In this document: in pieces, positions 61,141 through 64,000 of the stretch | Position numbering within the stretch: position 1 is the first letter of the stretch | Layout: every line of letters starts with the position of its first letter | Source: Octopus sinensis | Taxonomy: Eukaryota | Length of the DNA: 64,000 bases | Reading direction: 5' to 3' | Assembly: GCF_006345805.1 (NCBI RefSeq) | Contig: NC_043020.1 | Location: 10,788,001 to 10,852,000, forward strand | Notes under the pieces: generated by a model | The model's input: only the letters and a program-made list of their open reading frames with translations | What the model was told of the DNA's origin: nothing | Database searches by the model: none | Program-made: the position numbers and the translations under genes

Positions 61141-61531
61141 GGATATTTTCCTTTTGAACGGCAGACAATTTCTAGTTAACTAAACACTTTGAAACTTCGT
61201 ATACTGGTAGAATGTGTCAAAATAAAACATTTTTTGGTTTTTTTCCTTTTGAACGGCAGACAATTTCTAGTTAACTAAACACTTTAAAACTTCGTATACT
61301 GGTAGAATGTGTCAAAATAAAACATTTTTTTGGATCTTTTCCTTTTGAACGGCAGACAATTTCTAGTTAACTAAACACTTTAAAACTTCGTATACTGGTA
61401 GAATGTGTCAAAATAAAACATTTTTTGATCTTTTCCTTTTGAACGGCAGACAATTTCTAGTTAACTAAACATTTTAAAACTTAGTTACCCAGAAATTATG
61501 TTACAAACTGCCGTTCAAAAGGAAAAGATCC
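61141..61531. mobile_element. GG-ended MITE subfamily 2 with 4 tandem ~95-bp left ends
   Basis: Perfect 8-bp TSD AGATAATA. Left-TIR copies at about 61141, 61236, 61332 and 61427. Confidence 0.75.
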
Positions 61532-62157
61532 AGATAATACAGTATACATATACAGAGAGAGAAAATAGATATACTTTCATTGTGACAAGTAGAGGGTAAG
61601 AGAGTTTTCGACTTGAGAGTGGAGGTATTTCTCGTTGCAAATTATATATATATATATAAAACTCCAAGAAAGTTAGGGGCTGTGGGTCCAACCCACTAAG
61701 GGATAATATCTATCCAATATACTGTTGGTATAATACCCAATTATTAATGCACGAGTGTTTTTTATTGCATTGCAATTAACTTATATATATTTATCTGGGA
61801 TGCAGATTCCAAAAATCAAATACGTTTTTCTCAAGGATACACCTGTAGGAGCTCACTTGGACCTGCCTGCTTGAGATTCGAATTCAAATCTAAGAATTCT
61901 TGCTTGCCAAATCTATCCCCTATTTGCTGACCAAGTGGGAAACTGTTTTTGTCTTGTCAAAGGGAACAGTAATTGATGTGTTTCCACTTGACCTTCCTAA
62001 ATCAGTGATTCCTAATGTGATCCCTGCGGCCTACCCGTGGTCCGTTGAGAATTTTTAGTGGTCCCCAGAGAATTCGTAACCATTACAAAAATTGAAGCCA
62101 TTTCAGATCTACACGATATTGTTCGATAATAAAGACACTGTTAGTTAATAATAATTT

Positions 62158-62561
62158 GGCAATCTTTCGTCTCTAGTAGACCTTTCCGTCGATTTCCGTA
62201 AAAAATTTTTTTTTTACATATGGGCTTGCGGGAACTTTTGAAGTAATGAGAGCGAAAGAGACTAAGAGAAAGCGATTGTATGACGAAGGAAGTTCTTTTG
62301 AAGTTACCGTGCATGGGAGCATTGATGGACATGTGTGTGTGTGTGTGTGTTTGATGGGGTGTGGCAGACAGTATGTTGTGTAAAGTGAAGTGCTTCTGTT
62401 AGTGTGTGTGAAGAGACAGAGTAATGTGTGAAAGAAAGAGATAACTGAAATTTTTTACTCGGTGTATGTGTATATGTATATTACTTCAAAAGTTCCCGCA
62501 AGCCCATATGTAAAAAAAAAAAAATTTTGACGATAAGGTCTACTAGAGACGAAAGATCGCC
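62158..62561. mobile_element. Second GG-ended, long-TIR MITE family (Merlin-like)
   Basis: About 90-bp imperfect TIRs starting GGC(A/G)ATCTTTCGTCTCTAGTAGACC, perfect 8-bp TSD AATAATTT. Confidence 0.72.
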
Positions 62562-62950
62562 AATAATTTATTTGAAGACAGAATAATAATAAGAAAACAA
62601 AATTCAATAATTATTCCATAAGAATCAATAATGCTACTCTTATAACGGTATATCCATTTTTCTAGCTGGAATGGGCCATTACAAATCCCAGTGCTCTGTA
62701 AGTAAATAAACACGGTGAGATGAGGGGAACTAGAGATGTCACGGAGAGAGAGAGCGGTACAGAGCGACATAGACAGTAACAACAGCATCAGTCGTAATGA
62801 CCAAGCGAACACACAGACACATTCGCTATTCGTTCGACCAACACTCTAGTAGTAAGCTAGTATTGTTTCTCGTCGCTAACCGAAGCTGTCAGCTCATTTT
62901 ATTTAGCGATGCATTTAGAATATTTGTTAACCTGACTTCAACATGAAAAA

Positions 62951-63725
62951 GGGGCTAAACACAGAAGGGACAAACAAGGACAGACAGACGAACGGATTAA
63001 GTCGATTATATCGACCTCAGTGTGTAACTGGTACTTATTTAATCGACCCCGAAAGGATGAAAGGCAAAGTCGACCTCGGCGGAATTTGAACTCAGAACGT
63101 AGCGGCAGACAAAATACCTATTTCTTTACTACCCACAAGGGGCTAAACACAGAGGGGACAAACAAGGACTGACAGACGAACGGATTAAGTCGATTATATC
63201 GACCTCAGTGTGTAACTGGTACTTATTTAATCGACCCCGAAAGGATGAAAGGCAAAGTCGACCTCGGCGTAATTTGAACTCAGAACGTAACAGCAGACGA
63301 AATACCATTTTTTCTTTATTACCCACAAGGGGCTAAACACAGAGGGGACAAACAAGGACAGACAAACGGATTAAGTCGATTAATTCGACCTCAGTGCGTG
63401 ACTGGTACTTAATTTATCGACCACGAAAGGATGAAAGGCAAAGTCGACCTCGGCGTAATTTGAACTCAGAACGTAACAGCAGACGAAATACCATTTTTTC
63501 TTTATTACACACAAGGGGCTAAACACAGAGGGGACAAACAAGGACAGACAAACGGATTAAGTCGATTAATTCGACCTCAGTGCGTGACTGGTACTTAATT
63601 TATCGACCCCGAAAGGATGAAAGGCAAAGTCGACCTCGGCGGAATTTGAACTCAGAACATAGCGACAGATGAAGTACCGCTAAGCATTTCGCCTACCGCG
63701 CTAACGTTTCTGCCAGCTCGCCGCC
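62951..63725 (-). repeat. Head-to-tail tetramer of SINE B
   Basis: Units of 188/190/186 bp plus one full-length unit. Only the 5'-most unit (63725 side) has the A-box head. Confidence 0.85.
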
Positions 63726-64000
63726 TTAAAAAAAACGTGAATACAACGATTAAATAAATGAAGTGAAGAACATCTCTGCCCTTTCTATTATTTGTATCCA
63801 AGCTACACAGATCTATCAACATTTCATCCGCTACACACCGTTTCCGAGCCTTTCAGGGCTAAGCATTCTTGGATAGACATACTTATATGTGCCTCGCCTT
63901 TGTTTCCTTGTAACTTTCTGAAAGATCATATATTTTAATGAAATTCCCCCGAGATACATTTTAGACGGTGTAGATTCAAGTGATGTGGAGGCGCAATGGC

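Noticed and set aside
62543-62812. Minus-strand ORF with a signal-peptide-like start (MLLLLSMSLCTALS)
   Set aside because: Hydrophobicity comes from CT-rich low complexity. There is no good donor, and the ORF ends in a MITE.

Overview
AT-rich, repeat-dense eukaryotic DNA. The SINE/LINE/MITE repertoire and the (TA)n/(GAT)n microsatellites point to a cephalopod, most likely Octopus (inference). Two genes are transcribed divergently. (1) On the - strand, the first 7 coding exons (1020 nt, 340 aa, N-terminal TPR region) of Tonsoku-like (TONSL/NFKBIL2) lie between 53676 and 1740, and the gene runs off the left edge. All splice sites are GT-AG and all phases are compatible. (2) On the + strand, a first exon (56922-57335) encodes the N-terminus of an unidentified type II membrane protein behind a TATA+Inr core promoter. 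The introns hold four tRNA-headed SINE families, a (GAT)n-tailed RTE-associated repeat, CR1/RTE/Hero LINE remnants, piggyBac, hAT, pogo-like, Helitron, Chapaev-like and GG-ended 8-bp-TSD (Merlin-like) DNA elements, and Penelope-like remnants. Main hidden signal: several sequence-distinct minimal type I hammerhead ribozyme folds in the TONSL introns. Three have the canonical CUGANGA core. One family has a compensatory G3-C8 core (GUGAACA plus an extra nucleotide), and one has an A6U core. Also notable: a 5-copy tandem array of the 3' end and donor site of TONSL exon 5, recurrent head-to-tail SINE multimers that share one junction, and MITEs with tandemly amplified ends. All structures were read by eye. 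Coordinates of diverged repeats are approximate.
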